Source: a virus. Taken from it: 64,000 nucleotides of DNA. Numbering within the stretch: the stretch's first letter is position 1; each line of letters begins with the position of its first letter. The DNA lies in the IMG/VR virus record IMGVR_UViG_3300028388_003280, positions 32,001 to 96,000 of that record. One strand, 5' to 3'. The position numbers and the translations under genes are program-made. Shown in pieces: positions 1-8,165 of the stretch. Under the pieces are notes generated by a model, which was not told the DNA's origin, ran no database searches, and saw only the letters and a program-made list of their open reading frames with translations.

Positions 1-165
1 AATCGCAAGCGTCAGAAGCAGTCCCTCAAGAGGGCACGCAGAAAGGGGCTGCGGCAAGATCGCATTGCAGCCCGCAATCGTGCTTTGAATGAGGCCCGCG
101 AGGAAGCGCTTGAAGAGCTCAAGAAGCAATTCACTGAACAGTGGAGAAAGCAATATGGCGGGTGA
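1..165 (+). CDS. 3' end of a basic, helical hypothetical protein (partial)
   Basis: Frame 1 is open from base 1 (NRKRQKQSLKRARRK...YGG*) and overlaps the next start. Confidence 0.6.
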   Translation, partial: NRKRQKQSLKRARRKGLRQDRIAARNRALNEAREEALEELKKQFTEQWRKQYGG

Positions 166-586
166 GCGTCCACTACATAGGCGAAATCAACGCATTGTCT
201 TTCCTCGCACACGCTGGTCACTCGGTGAACGACTTCCTGCTGGGACCCTTGTCGAGTTTCCTTATGGTCGCAAGAAGATGAACGAGGCTGGGGGTTGGAA
301 GAACGACCCCCGGCCGATCGTCATCGTTTTCTTTGATGACCTAGTTGACTACATCGAAGGCCTCAACACCAATTACCTAAGCCCCCAGAAACTCAAAGAG
401 TGCCTGGAGGTTGTCAATCAGGAGCAGTCTATCGGTGACAGTCCTGCGGACGGTAAGCGGCTGTACGAGCGCATGAAGTCTATTGAGCCCGATGTGCTTT
501 TTGCGTACCGGAAGTTCAAGCGTGACTCTATTGCCTCGCTTTGGAAGTTCGAGGTGGACCTCACCGATCCGAACTTCAAGCCGTAG
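155..586 (+). CDS. T4 gp2-like DNA end protector (putative)
   Basis: GTLVEFPY...KNDPRPIVIV...IEGLNTNYLSP resembles the gp2 F.Y...D..P...GLNLHYL pattern; GGAG upstream of ATG155. Confidence 0.5.
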   Translation: MAGERPLHRRNQRIVFPRTRWSLGERLPAGTLVEFPYGRKKMNEAGGWKNDPRPIVIVFFDDLVDYIEGLNTNYLSPQKLKECLEVVNQEQSIGDSPADGKRLYERMKSIEPDVLFAYRKFKRDSIASLWKFEVDLTDPNFKP

Positions 587-593
587 CCGAACG

Positions 594-623
594 GTGTACA
601 TCCACCATTGAGCGTGGTATCAT
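594..623 (+). promoter_or_regulatory. sigma70-type early/middle promoter
   Basis: GTGTACA-N14-TGG-TATCAT; member of the recurring motif. Confidence 0.75.
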
Positions 624-642
624 TCTGTACGGAGGTGAACCT

Positions 643-1230
643 GTGCAACGTCGCAAGGTTATCATTGTTGAGGGCATGGACAACGTCGGGAAGGATACGC
701 AGATCAAGGCTATCTGCAATCACTTCCCCGAAGACAATTTCCATACCCTCCACTATCATGCCATAAAATCGCGATCCAATTCTGGGGCCCGTTACGCTGC
801 CGAGCAGACCTATTCAGAGATGTTCAGAATCATCGACACCATGTATGACCTGAACTTCATTCTGAACCGGTCCCACCTGGGCGAGTATGTCTATGGGCCC
901 ATGTATCGCAACTACAAGGATCCAGAGTACGTCTTCCAGATGGAGCGTACACCGCTGATTCAAGGCGTCATGAATGATGCAGCACTGCTTATTCTGACAC
1001 ACAACCACCCGGAAACTCTCGCCGAGCGAGAGGATGGCGACAGTTTGTCGCAAGGACAGATCGAGCTCATTGAACAAGAGCGCGACCGGTTCTACGATGT
1101 CTACCTCGAGTCTGCAGCACGCCATAAGCTGTTGCTGCCTGTCGATGGGATGTCGAAAGAAGCAGTCACCGACAAAGTGATCGGGTGGCTGGACACCGTA
1201 TACCATGATGAACCCTTCACTGATGATTGA
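643..1230 (+). CDS. Deoxynucleoside monophosphate (thymidylate-type) kinase
   Basis: P-loop IIVEGMDNVGKDT and ILNRSHLGEYVYG (DR-motif variant); GGAGG upstream of GTG643. Confidence 0.85.
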   Translation: MQRRKVIIVEGMDNVGKDTQIKAICNHFPEDNFHTLHYHAIKSRSNSGARYAAEQTYSEMFRIIDTMYDLNFILNRSHLGEYVYGPMYRNYKDPEYVFQMERTPLIQGVMNDAALLILTHNHPETLAEREDGDSLSQGQIELIEQERDRFYDVYLESAARHKLLLPVDGMSKEAVTDKVIGWLDTVYHDEPFTDD

Positions 1231-1639
1231 TCTCGTCCATCCGGACGCCAAAATGCCAACTCGCGCAACGCCAGGAGACGCAGGTCTCGATGTTTACACA
1301 CCTGAACCGTTCTCGATTGGTCCAAGAAGTCATGGCAAGGTCTCTTTGGGCTGGCGCTGTAGGTTTGACGACGGCTGGGTCATGCTTGTTTTCAACAAGA
1401 GTGGCCGTGCCGTTAAGCTCGGCCTCGATAAGGGCGCTGAGGTCATTGATTCAGGCTATCGAGGCGAGGTGCACATCCACCTATTCAACCACTCTTTTCA
1501 GCGGGTATCGTTTGAGCGCGGAGACAAGATCGCTCAAGTCCTGCTCATGCCAGTTTGGACTGGCAACCCCATGGAAGGGCCAGTAAAGGACGACACCGAA
1601 CGCGGTGCTGGAGGCTTTGGCTCAACAGGAACGAGGTAA
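1205..1639 (+). CDS. dut: Trimeric dUTPase
   Basis: AGLDV, KSG, VIDSGYRGE, KIAQ and RGAGGFGSTG motifs. Confidence 0.95.
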   Translation: MMNPSLMIDLVHPDAKMPTRATPGDAGLDVYTPEPFSIGPRSHGKVSLGWRCRFDDGWVMLVFNKSGRAVKLGLDKGAEVIDSGYRGEVHIHLFNHSFQRVSFERGDKIAQVLLMPVWTGNPMEGPVKDDTERGAGGFGSTGTR

Positions 1640-1640
1640 C

Positions 1641-4115
1641 ATGACCGAGAAGCGTAAGGAGTTCTACCTTTCGAGGATCAGCTCCCGGTTCTATCGCAAC
1701 AAGTGTCTGCTCACGATGTGGGGCTACGACGAAAATGGCAACCCTGTCACCCGCAAGGACGAGCTCGAGGAGTACTTCTACATTGATTCCGCCCACCTCG
1801 ACCTCCTCGGTCGATACGATCGCCTTGAGACAGCTCTAGAGGCCAGGACATATCCAACGTTCGACGGTAAGGAAGCCGTCAAGGTCATCAGCCACAACTA
1901 CAAGGACAAGAATCTCCTCAAGGAGCACTTCGGGGAGCACACGTACGAGCTCGACGTACCTGCCGAGTTCAAGTACATCATGAACAACCACATCAAGTGG
2001 TCCAAAGAGCGCCGCATCTGCTTCTTCGACATCGAGGTGTTCCCACCCCTTGACGATAACGGCAAGGAAGTGTTTGCCACGCCGTCCCGTCCATCTGCTC
2101 CTATCACGGCAATCCAAGCCGGGTCGTCTATTGACGGCAAGATCTACGTTTTCTCGTGGCATCCCCAGCACACGAAGGATGTTGATGGCTTTGAGATCAA
2201 GGAGAAGGACAATGTGGTGTACTTCTTCTGTGAGGATGAGGCTACCTGCATCCTAGCATGGTTTGAGTGGCTCAAGGGCAACCACATCGATGTCATCACT
2301 GGCTGGTACTCGGCCGGATTTGACCTCCCCTACATCCTACGCCGCTGTGAGGTCCTCAACATTGACCCCTCTGGCATCTCACCTGCCGAGTACGCCAAGA
2401 CTTACCGTAAGGGCGAGTTCTGGCGCTGCTACATCAACGGCTTGGACCACATCGACATGCTTGAGGCAGTCAAGGACCTCGGTTACAACCTGTCGAACTT
2501 CAAGCTTGCCACAGCTGCCAAGGAAATCATCGGCGATGGCGAGATGGACAAGCTGGAAGAAGTCACGTGGCGGGATTGGCCACAAGACTATGCTGGCTTT
2601 TTGAAGTACTCTGTTCGCGACGTTGAGATCTTGATGGAGATCGAGAAGCGGCTCGAGATCTTCTCCCTCTATACCACTCTACAGGAGCTGGCTAACCTTC
2701 CTGCGCTCAACTACGTGCTCATGAAGTCTACGGTTGTGGACTTCTACATCCTGACTGAGTATCATGGTCGTACTGTTTTCCCAACCCGCATCATCCGCAA
2801 GCGTAAGAAGTATATGGGCGCCATGGTACTCGAACCCCGAGAACCTGGACTTCACCTCGACGTTGGAGTGGTCGACTTTGCCTCACTGTATCCAACATCA
2901 GTCATGGCATTCAACCTCTCACCAGAGACATTCATCGCAAGTGCACACGACGTCGAAGACGCTGGCAAGACGATTGAGCAGTTTCAGACACGTCTCAAAG
3001 AGCGAAATGTCAAGGTGGTCGATACTGGCCACAATGATGACCTCTTCGGCAAGCGCTACTGGTTCCTTGCACACGAACAGCGCACCGGTCTGCTTCCCAA
3101 GATCCTGAAGAAGCTCTACCTCCAGCGCCGAGAGCTCAAGGCTCAGATGAAGCAGCCAGGTGTGTCCAAGGACCACCTCAACGCCCTAGACAAGCACCAG
3201 CAGGCTATCAAGCTTGTTCTCAACAGCACTTATGGCGCCATGGGATTCCCCTGGTTCCGGCTCTACAAGCCCGAGGTCGCGGATGCCATCACGTACTTTG
3301 CTCGTCAGGCTTTGCTGCACGCCATTGACCGCCTTGAAGCGGCAGATATGCCAGTCATCTATGGTGACACGGACTCCTGCTTTTTCAAGCAGAACGGCAA
3401 GGACTACAACGAGATCTGTGACTGGGTAGAGGACTTCAATGCCACCATCGACGAGACGTTCATTTCGCAATACAACGAAGCCCTCGACGGTGAGTACAAT
3501 CTGATGGAGCTCGAGTTTGAGAAGGACATGGAGCGCTTCTACATGGGTGAAGCCAAGAAGCGCTACTATGGCATCGTCCGCGACACAGGCAAGAAGTACA
3601 TCCGCGGACTCAACATCATCCGCAAGGATGCACCAACCCTCCTAAAGGAACGACTCAACGATCTCGCCGAGCTCGCCGTCCGAGACGAGCTCACGTCTGA
3701 ACACCTCGTCGACCTGCGTAAGGAAGTCGAGGCTGCACCCCTAGAAACCATTGGAATCACCAAGGCCTTCAGCAAGCGCTTCAGCGAGTACATCAAGAAT
3801 GTGCCGCAGCATCTCAAGGGTGCCCGCTTCGCGAATGAACACCTTGAAGCGGGTGTCACACACCAGGACAACCCCTTTATGTTCTACATCGTAAGTAAGT
3901 GCGAGGATGAGCTGAAGCCCAAGGACCGCACCCAGGTCATCTGCGTCAAGGATGAGCAGCTGCCGGACCTGACAAAGCACCCGGAGCTCTTTGAGCTCGA
4001 CTGGGACACCTTCTTCCATAAGCAGGTTGTTGAACAGCTCGAGGAGTTCGATCACATTCCGTCTGTCAAGGCGGCCATTGCAGAATATGAGGAGCTTATC
4101 AATGTCACGGTTTAG
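1641..4115 (+). CDS. Family B DNA polymerase with 3'-5' exonuclease
   Basis: ExoI FFDIEV, ExoII GWYSAGFDLPY, ExoIII YSVRD; DFASLYP, KLVLNSTYG, YGDTDS; GAGG upstream of ATG1641. Confidence 0.97.
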   Translation: MTEKRKEFYLSRISSRFYRNKCLLTMWGYDENGNPVTRKDELEEYFYIDSAHLDLLGRYDRLETALEARTYPTFDGKEAVKVISHNYKDKNLLKEHFGEHTYELDVPAEFKYIMNNHIKWSKERRICFFDIEVFPPLDDNGKEVFATPSRPSAPITAIQAGSSIDGKIYVFSWHPQHTKDVDGFEIKEKDNVVYFFCEDEATCILAWFEWLKGNHIDVITGWYSAGFDLPYILRRCEVLNIDPSGISPAEYAKTYRKGEFWRCYINGLDHIDMLEAVKDLGYNLSNFKLATAAKEIIGDGEMDKLEEVTWRDWPQDYAGFLKYSVRDVEILMEIEKRLEIFSLYTTLQELANLPALNYVLMKSTVVDFYILTEYHGRTVFPTRIIRKRKKYMGAMVLEPREPGLHLDVGVVDFASLYPTSVMAFNLSPETFIASAHDVEDAGKTIEQFQTRLKERNVKVVDTGHNDDLFGKRYWFLAHEQRTGLLPKILKKLYLQRRELKAQMKQPGVSKDHLNALDKHQQAIKLVLNSTYGAMGFPWFRLYKPEVADAITYFARQALLHAIDRLEAADMPVIYGDTDSCFFKQNGKDYNEICDWVEDFNATIDETFISQYNEALDGEYNLMELEFEKDMERFYMGEAKKRYYGIVRDTGKKYIRGLNIIRKDAPTLLKERLNDLAELAVRDELTSEHLVDLRKEVEAAPLETIGITKAFSKRFSEYIKNVPQHLKGARFANEHLEAGVTHQDNPFMFYIVSKCEDELKPKDRTQVICVKDEQLPDLTKHPELFELDWDTFFHKQVVEQLEEFDHIPSVKAAIAEYEELINVTV

Positions 4116-4314
4116 TCGCACGCTACAAGAAACTGATCGCACACCGGAAAACATCACTCTTGGCCACAATGGAGAGCGATGCCAGCTCATCGCTTCCAGT
4201 GGGTTCATTCACAGAGTACACACACTCAGGAGCCTTGAATCTGGTCGCTTGTATACTGCCCGGGTTCGTGTCAAGCAACTCAAGACTGATTGGAAGCCTA
4301 GCCGTGATGCATAA
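4102..4314 (+). CDS. Hypothetical protein
   Basis: GAGGAG RBS; fills the gap and overlaps both neighbours. Confidence 0.55.
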   Translation: MSRFSRTLQETDRTPENITLGHNGERCQLIASSGFIHRVHTLRSLESGRLYTARVRVKQLKTDWKPSRDA

Positions 4315-4879
4315 GAATTTGGTTACGTGTTCTTATTGCGGAGTTCGTTTCAAAACGCTTGCAGAACCTTCTGCGATTGGTGCACCATATTGGATGTGTT
4401 CAGACTGTATGGGACAGCACGTCCTTGGCACTAACATTTTCAAGCCTAAGCCTAGGCCGTCGTGGGATGAGATCTGCATGGACACAGCAATCAAGCTTGC
4501 AAAACGGTCTACATGCAACACCCCGAATAGACAGGTAGGCTGTGTCATTGTGACACCTGACTACTCCTCCGTTTTGGCCTGGGGATACAACGGGGGAGCG
4601 GCAGGGAGTGACGATGAGTGTGACTTCGACGCCGAGGTTGAGAAGGGCTCCCGCTGTCAATGTGCGCACGCCGAAATGAACGCGCTCACCAAGCTTGACA
4701 CAAATGGTAAGCGGGACCTTGTGATGTACGTCACACTGTCCCCATGCCAGCTTTGTGCGACCCTCATCGTCAATGCGAAGTGCTTCAAGGAAGTAGTATA
4801 CTTGGATGATTACCGCGCCGAAAAGCCCATATTTATACTCAGGCAGGCTGGCATCCAAGTGCGAAAGTATGGAACATGA
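4307..4879 (+). CDS. dCMP deaminase with N-terminal Cys4 zinc ribbon
   Basis: AKRSTC..RQVGC, GYNG, HAEMNA, SPCQLC; extra CxxC...CxxC at the N-terminus. Confidence 0.93.
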   Translation: MHKNLVTCSYCGVRFKTLAEPSAIGAPYWMCSDCMGQHVLGTNIFKPKPRPSWDEICMDTAIKLAKRSTCNTPNRQVGCVIVTPDYSSVLAWGYNGGAAGSDDECDFDAEVEKGSRCQCAHAEMNALTKLDTNGKRDLVMYVTLSPCQLCATLIVNAKCFKEVVYLDDYRAEKPIFILRQAGIQVRKYGT

Positions 4880-5052
4880 AGACGATCACTGTAGCAGACG
4901 TACGATACATCGTCATTCGTGAGCTCGGCACTGACTCAGAAGCAGCATCGCGGATCCGCTCCACTCACGGTGGCGCCTTGATCCGTAACAGCAAGGACAA
5001 CACGTTCATGCTGTGTCAACGTATTGGGGAAGCAGAGTATGAAGAAGTCTGA
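4876..5052 (+). CDS. Small hypothetical protein (58 aa)
   Basis: MKTITVADVRY...EAEYEEV*; ATGA overlap with the deaminase; TATTTA 46 nt upstream. Confidence 0.6.
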   Translation: MKTITVADVRYIVIRELGTDSEAASRIRSTHGGALIRNSKDNTFMLCQRIGEAEYEEV

Positions 5053-5320
5053 ACTGCGACAAATGATCCGCGAAGAATACCACCGCGCAACGGTAAATGA
5101 GGCGGTTGCCAAGCGCGCCAAGCAAATGCTGGCTCTCCGTAAGGAAATGGTCAAGCATCTCAACGCTTTCGACAGGGCCCATAGCAAGCTTGATGGTTAT
5201 ATTGAGCTAAGAGATGAAAAGGTCATCCGCAAGCTTGAAATGATCGAGAAGCGCGTGAACGACATCTTCGAGTATCTCGGGGATGTTGAAGATCTATTGC
5301 AGCAAATCGAGGAAGATTGA
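5039..5320 (+). CDS. Leader-family putative internal head protein
   Basis: Starts MKKSELRQMIREEY...VNE/A. Confidence 0.75.
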   Translation: MKKSELRQMIREEYHRATVNEAVAKRAKQMLALRKEMVKHLNAFDRAHSKLDGYIELRDEKVIRKLEMIEKRVNDIFEYLGDVEDLLQQIEED

Positions 5321-5604
5321 TGAAGAAGAGCGAACTACGGCAGATCATCCGTGAAGAGATCAAGCGAGCCATCAACGAGAACGAGTGGGCTCCCGTCGAG
5401 AAGTGGCTCCGGTCATCATCCAATCGTAAGAAGCTAGCACAGCGAGTCAAGGATTCAGTTCTTCCAGGCGATGCAGCTTTTGGCGCGGACCCAATGGACT
5501 GGGGAATTCCGGGTTGGCTTGATTGGATCGAGTCAGACTACAACACCCAGCAGTATCTGCAGAGCATTGGACTTGACATTCCAGGAAGGCCGAACCGACC
5601 ATGA
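5317..5604 (+). CDS. Leader-family putative internal head protein
   Basis: MKKSELRQIIREEIKRAINE/N. Confidence 0.75.
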   Translation: MMKKSELRQIIREEIKRAINENEWAPVEKWLRSSSNRKKLAQRVKDSVLPGDAAFGADPMDWGIPGWLDWIESDYNTQQYLQSIGLDIPGRPNRP

Positions 5605-5921
5605 AAATTTCCAAGCACACACTCCGCTCCCTAATTCACGAGTGCATCAACGAGATGCACGATGAAATGCAGGAAGCCAAGGGCGACAAGAAGTTCGTCA
5701 TCTACTACAAGAAGAAGAACGGTAAGGATGCCAAGACTACTGTGATGGCTCAGGACAAGGATGATGCCATGGCTATGGCTCGACGCAAGCTTGCTGGCCG
5801 TTACTACGACCTCTTCGGCGCTCGCGAGCTGGATGAAATGACAACCACAGGAGATGTGGCCGGATATGACGCACCGATGGGCACAAAGCTTACTGACCTC
5901 ATCGATGATGAGGATGATTGA
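5601..5921 (+). CDS. Leader-family putative internal head protein
   Basis: MKISKHTLRSLIHECINE/M; C-terminal LDE/MTTTGDVAGY module. Confidence 0.72.
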   Translation: MKISKHTLRSLIHECINEMHDEMQEAKGDKKFVIYYKKKNGKDAKTTVMAQDKDDAMAMARRKLAGRYYDLFGARELDEMTTTGDVAGYDAPMGTKLTDLIDDEDD

Positions 5922-6462
5922 GGCGCTTCGGCGCCTCTTCCGGCGAAGAGGAACAATGCAGGTACCAACGGATCCACGACACCAGCTGTCTCAGAATTTC
6001 ACACTAGGTGAAATGCTCAAGAGTCAGACAGCGACCCGCAAGGGTATTGACAACACACCGGACCTCGAGCAGTTCAAGAACCTTCAGGCTCTGTGTCAGA
6101 ATGTTCTTCAGCCAGTACGGGGCATCTATGGCGTTCCGCTGATCGTCACATCAGGACTTCGTGTCCTCGAGCTCAACCGTGCAATTGGTTCATGGGACGG
6201 ATCGCAACATACCAAGGGTGAGGCAGCTGATTTTGAACCGCTCGGAAACATCGCACTAGAAGATCTATGGCGCTCGATCGTCCTCAGCGACATCCCATAC
6301 GACCAGTGCATTCTCGAGTTCCCACCCACTGGCTGGATCCACATCTCCCACAAGCGTGATGGAGATCAGCGCGGCAAGATCACCGTTGCCCGTAAGGTTG
6401 ACGGTAAGACCCGCTACGACCACTACACTCGTGAGCAGGTAGAACAATTTGATTGGGAGTGA
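5914..6462 (+). CDS. Peptidase M15A-family peptidoglycan hydrolase (endolysin candidate)
   Basis: LSQNFTLGE, TSGLR..LNRAIG, SQH..GEAAD and WIHIS zinc-peptidase motifs. Confidence 0.88.
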   Translation: MIEALRRLFRRRGTMQVPTDPRHQLSQNFTLGEMLKSQTATRKGIDNTPDLEQFKNLQALCQNVLQPVRGIYGVPLIVTSGLRVLELNRAIGSWDGSQHTKGEAADFEPLGNIALEDLWRSIVLSDIPYDQCILEFPPTGWIHISHKRDGDQRGKITVARKVDGKTRYDHYTREQVEQFDWE

Positions 6463-6465
6463 CCA

Positions 6466-7848
6466 TTGAAGGCACGCTATCACAAATTTACTGGTGAGGT
6501 TCCAGTTGTCTTCGTCGAGGACGCCAAGGCTTTCATGGAAAAGCTTGGTGCTCCCGTAACTGAGGCAAAGGACCGTTTCGGCGTCGAACTCATGCATGAG
6601 GTCAATATTGGCCCACTCAAGATGCTCGTGTTCAGTGAAGCAATGCTGCGTACCATTTCTGGTTCCCGCCCAACACCCGTGATCGAGGCCCACCTTGCGA
6701 TCTGGAAGGGCCAGCAGAAGTATCCACAGAACGAGATCGCTGGGTTCAAGTACGCGCTCGCTCTAGCTGAGCGGTACAAGCGGAAGAAGTGCCACGAGTT
6801 GATCCGTCGAACCATGGCAGAAGCAACGGGCTATCACGCGGAGCCGATGGAGGTGGAGATCGTTGGTCAGCGCAAGGCTGTTTCCGACAAGAAGGTCGAG
6901 AGTGTCCTTTTTGAAGAGGGCATCCTCCTTGAGATGGGCAACACCAACCGCATCGACGTCAACGAAATCTACCTAGGCTACTATATGCTTGGTGGGACGT
7001 GGACGGGCTTCGTGAAGGCAGCCGATGCAAAGGCCCAGCTTAGGAAGCGCCGCGAAGAAATCACGCCCGAGGAGTTTAAGGATGAGCAGGGTAAGGCCAA
7101 GGTCATGGCACGCGAAGCTCTGAATTGGGCTCAGGCAAACGGATATGGTGGCGGCGTCAAGAAGGCTTGGTGGACCGCGCGTCCGGGTGACCTTTCAAAG
7201 GCAACAGGCCTAGATGTTTCATCTGCTGCGAACCCAACAGACACACTAGTCCAGTTTGGCGACGGCAAGTTCCTAGGGTTGAGTGCGAAGTCTGGTAAGA
7301 AGAAGAGCAGCAAGATCGCATTCAAGAACCCAGGCATGGGAACGATCGACAATGCACTCAATGCCGGTCTGCAGGCCGTGTTTAGTCGCGAGATTGACAA
7401 ATTCATCAAGAAGCATGATCTCTCCCCAGTAGCTGCCACCCGTAAGACTCAGATCCGCGATGACAGAAAGATCGAGTCTGAAGCAAACAAGGCTGGTTCT
7501 GTTGTCCACAAGAAGCTCAGAGATGAGCTATTCAAGACTCTCAACAAGCTGAACGAGAAGGCCCTGAAGGAACATGTCCTGTCTTATTGGATGGACGCGA
7601 ATGTTGTTGAGCCACCGTACATCAAAGTAACTGGCAAGGGTTCGGGTGGAGACTATACAGCCTCAGTTATGAATCCCCTCAACAATGAGAAGCTGACTGC
7701 AATTAGCCATGGCAATTATGAGCTCAAGAAGGTCGGCGACAATTCAATCGGCTTCATGGCTGATGGGAAGCGTGTCTTCAAGATGCGCTTCAAATTCTCG
7801 TCGCAGTTCATGGCCTCAAGCATGAAGCTTAGCGGTGACCAATGGTAA
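6466..7848 (+). CDS. Two-domain protein with C-terminal PD-(D/E)xK-like (restriction-endonuclease-like) nuclease domain
   Basis: N-helix VNE and NPTDTLVQFGDGKFLGLSAK (PxD-x12-SxK); ILLE/M between the domains; TTG start with GGAG. Confidence 0.55.
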   Translation: MKARYHKFTGEVPVVFVEDAKAFMEKLGAPVTEAKDRFGVELMHEVNIGPLKMLVFSEAMLRTISGSRPTPVIEAHLAIWKGQQKYPQNEIAGFKYALALAERYKRKKCHELIRRTMAEATGYHAEPMEVEIVGQRKAVSDKKVESVLFEEGILLEMGNTNRIDVNEIYLGYYMLGGTWTGFVKAADAKAQLRKRREEITPEEFKDEQGKAKVMAREALNWAQANGYGGGVKKAWWTARPGDLSKATGLDVSSAANPTDTLVQFGDGKFLGLSAKSGKKKSSKIAFKNPGMGTIDNALNAGLQAVFSREIDKFIKKHDLSPVAATRKTQIRDDRKIESEANKAGSVVHKKLRDELFKTLNKLNEKALKEHVLSYWMDANVVEPPYIKVTGKGSGGDYTASVMNPLNNEKLTAISHGNYELKKVGDNSIGFMADGKRVFKMRFKFSSQFMASSMKLSGDQW

Positions 7849-7859
7849 GGAGCACTAAG

Positions 7860-8165
7860 ATGAGAGAGAAGAAGAGACTATTAGAGAACGCAGGCCTCGA
7901 TGCCAAGCGAATTCTTTCAGAGGCTGACACTGTGGACTTCGAGTTCGACCTCGATGAGCCCGAGGACTGGGCTGCTATGGAGGCTGAACTGAAGGACGCC
8001 GGGGCCAAGATCAAGAAGAAGTGGAGTCGCGGTACCCGAGACTACATTACGGTTGAGATTCCAACCGACGCTCGCAAGCGTGCAGACCTATTTCACTGGG
8101 TCGCGAATTTCTACTACCAGGGCGACCGTAAGGACGCAGCATACGAATTTCCCGAGTTGACCTGA
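7860..8165 (+). CDS. Leader-family putative internal head protein
   Basis: MREKKRLLENAGLDAKRILSE/A. Confidence 0.65.
   Translation: MREKKRLLENAGLDAKRILSEADTVDFEFDLDEPEDWAAMEAELKDAGAKIKKKWSRGTRDYITVEIPTDARKRADLFHWVANFYYQGDRKDAAYEFPELT

Noticed and set aside
1641-4115. Intein or intron in the DNA polymerase
   Set aside because: Motif spacing and length are normal; no intein terminal signature seen
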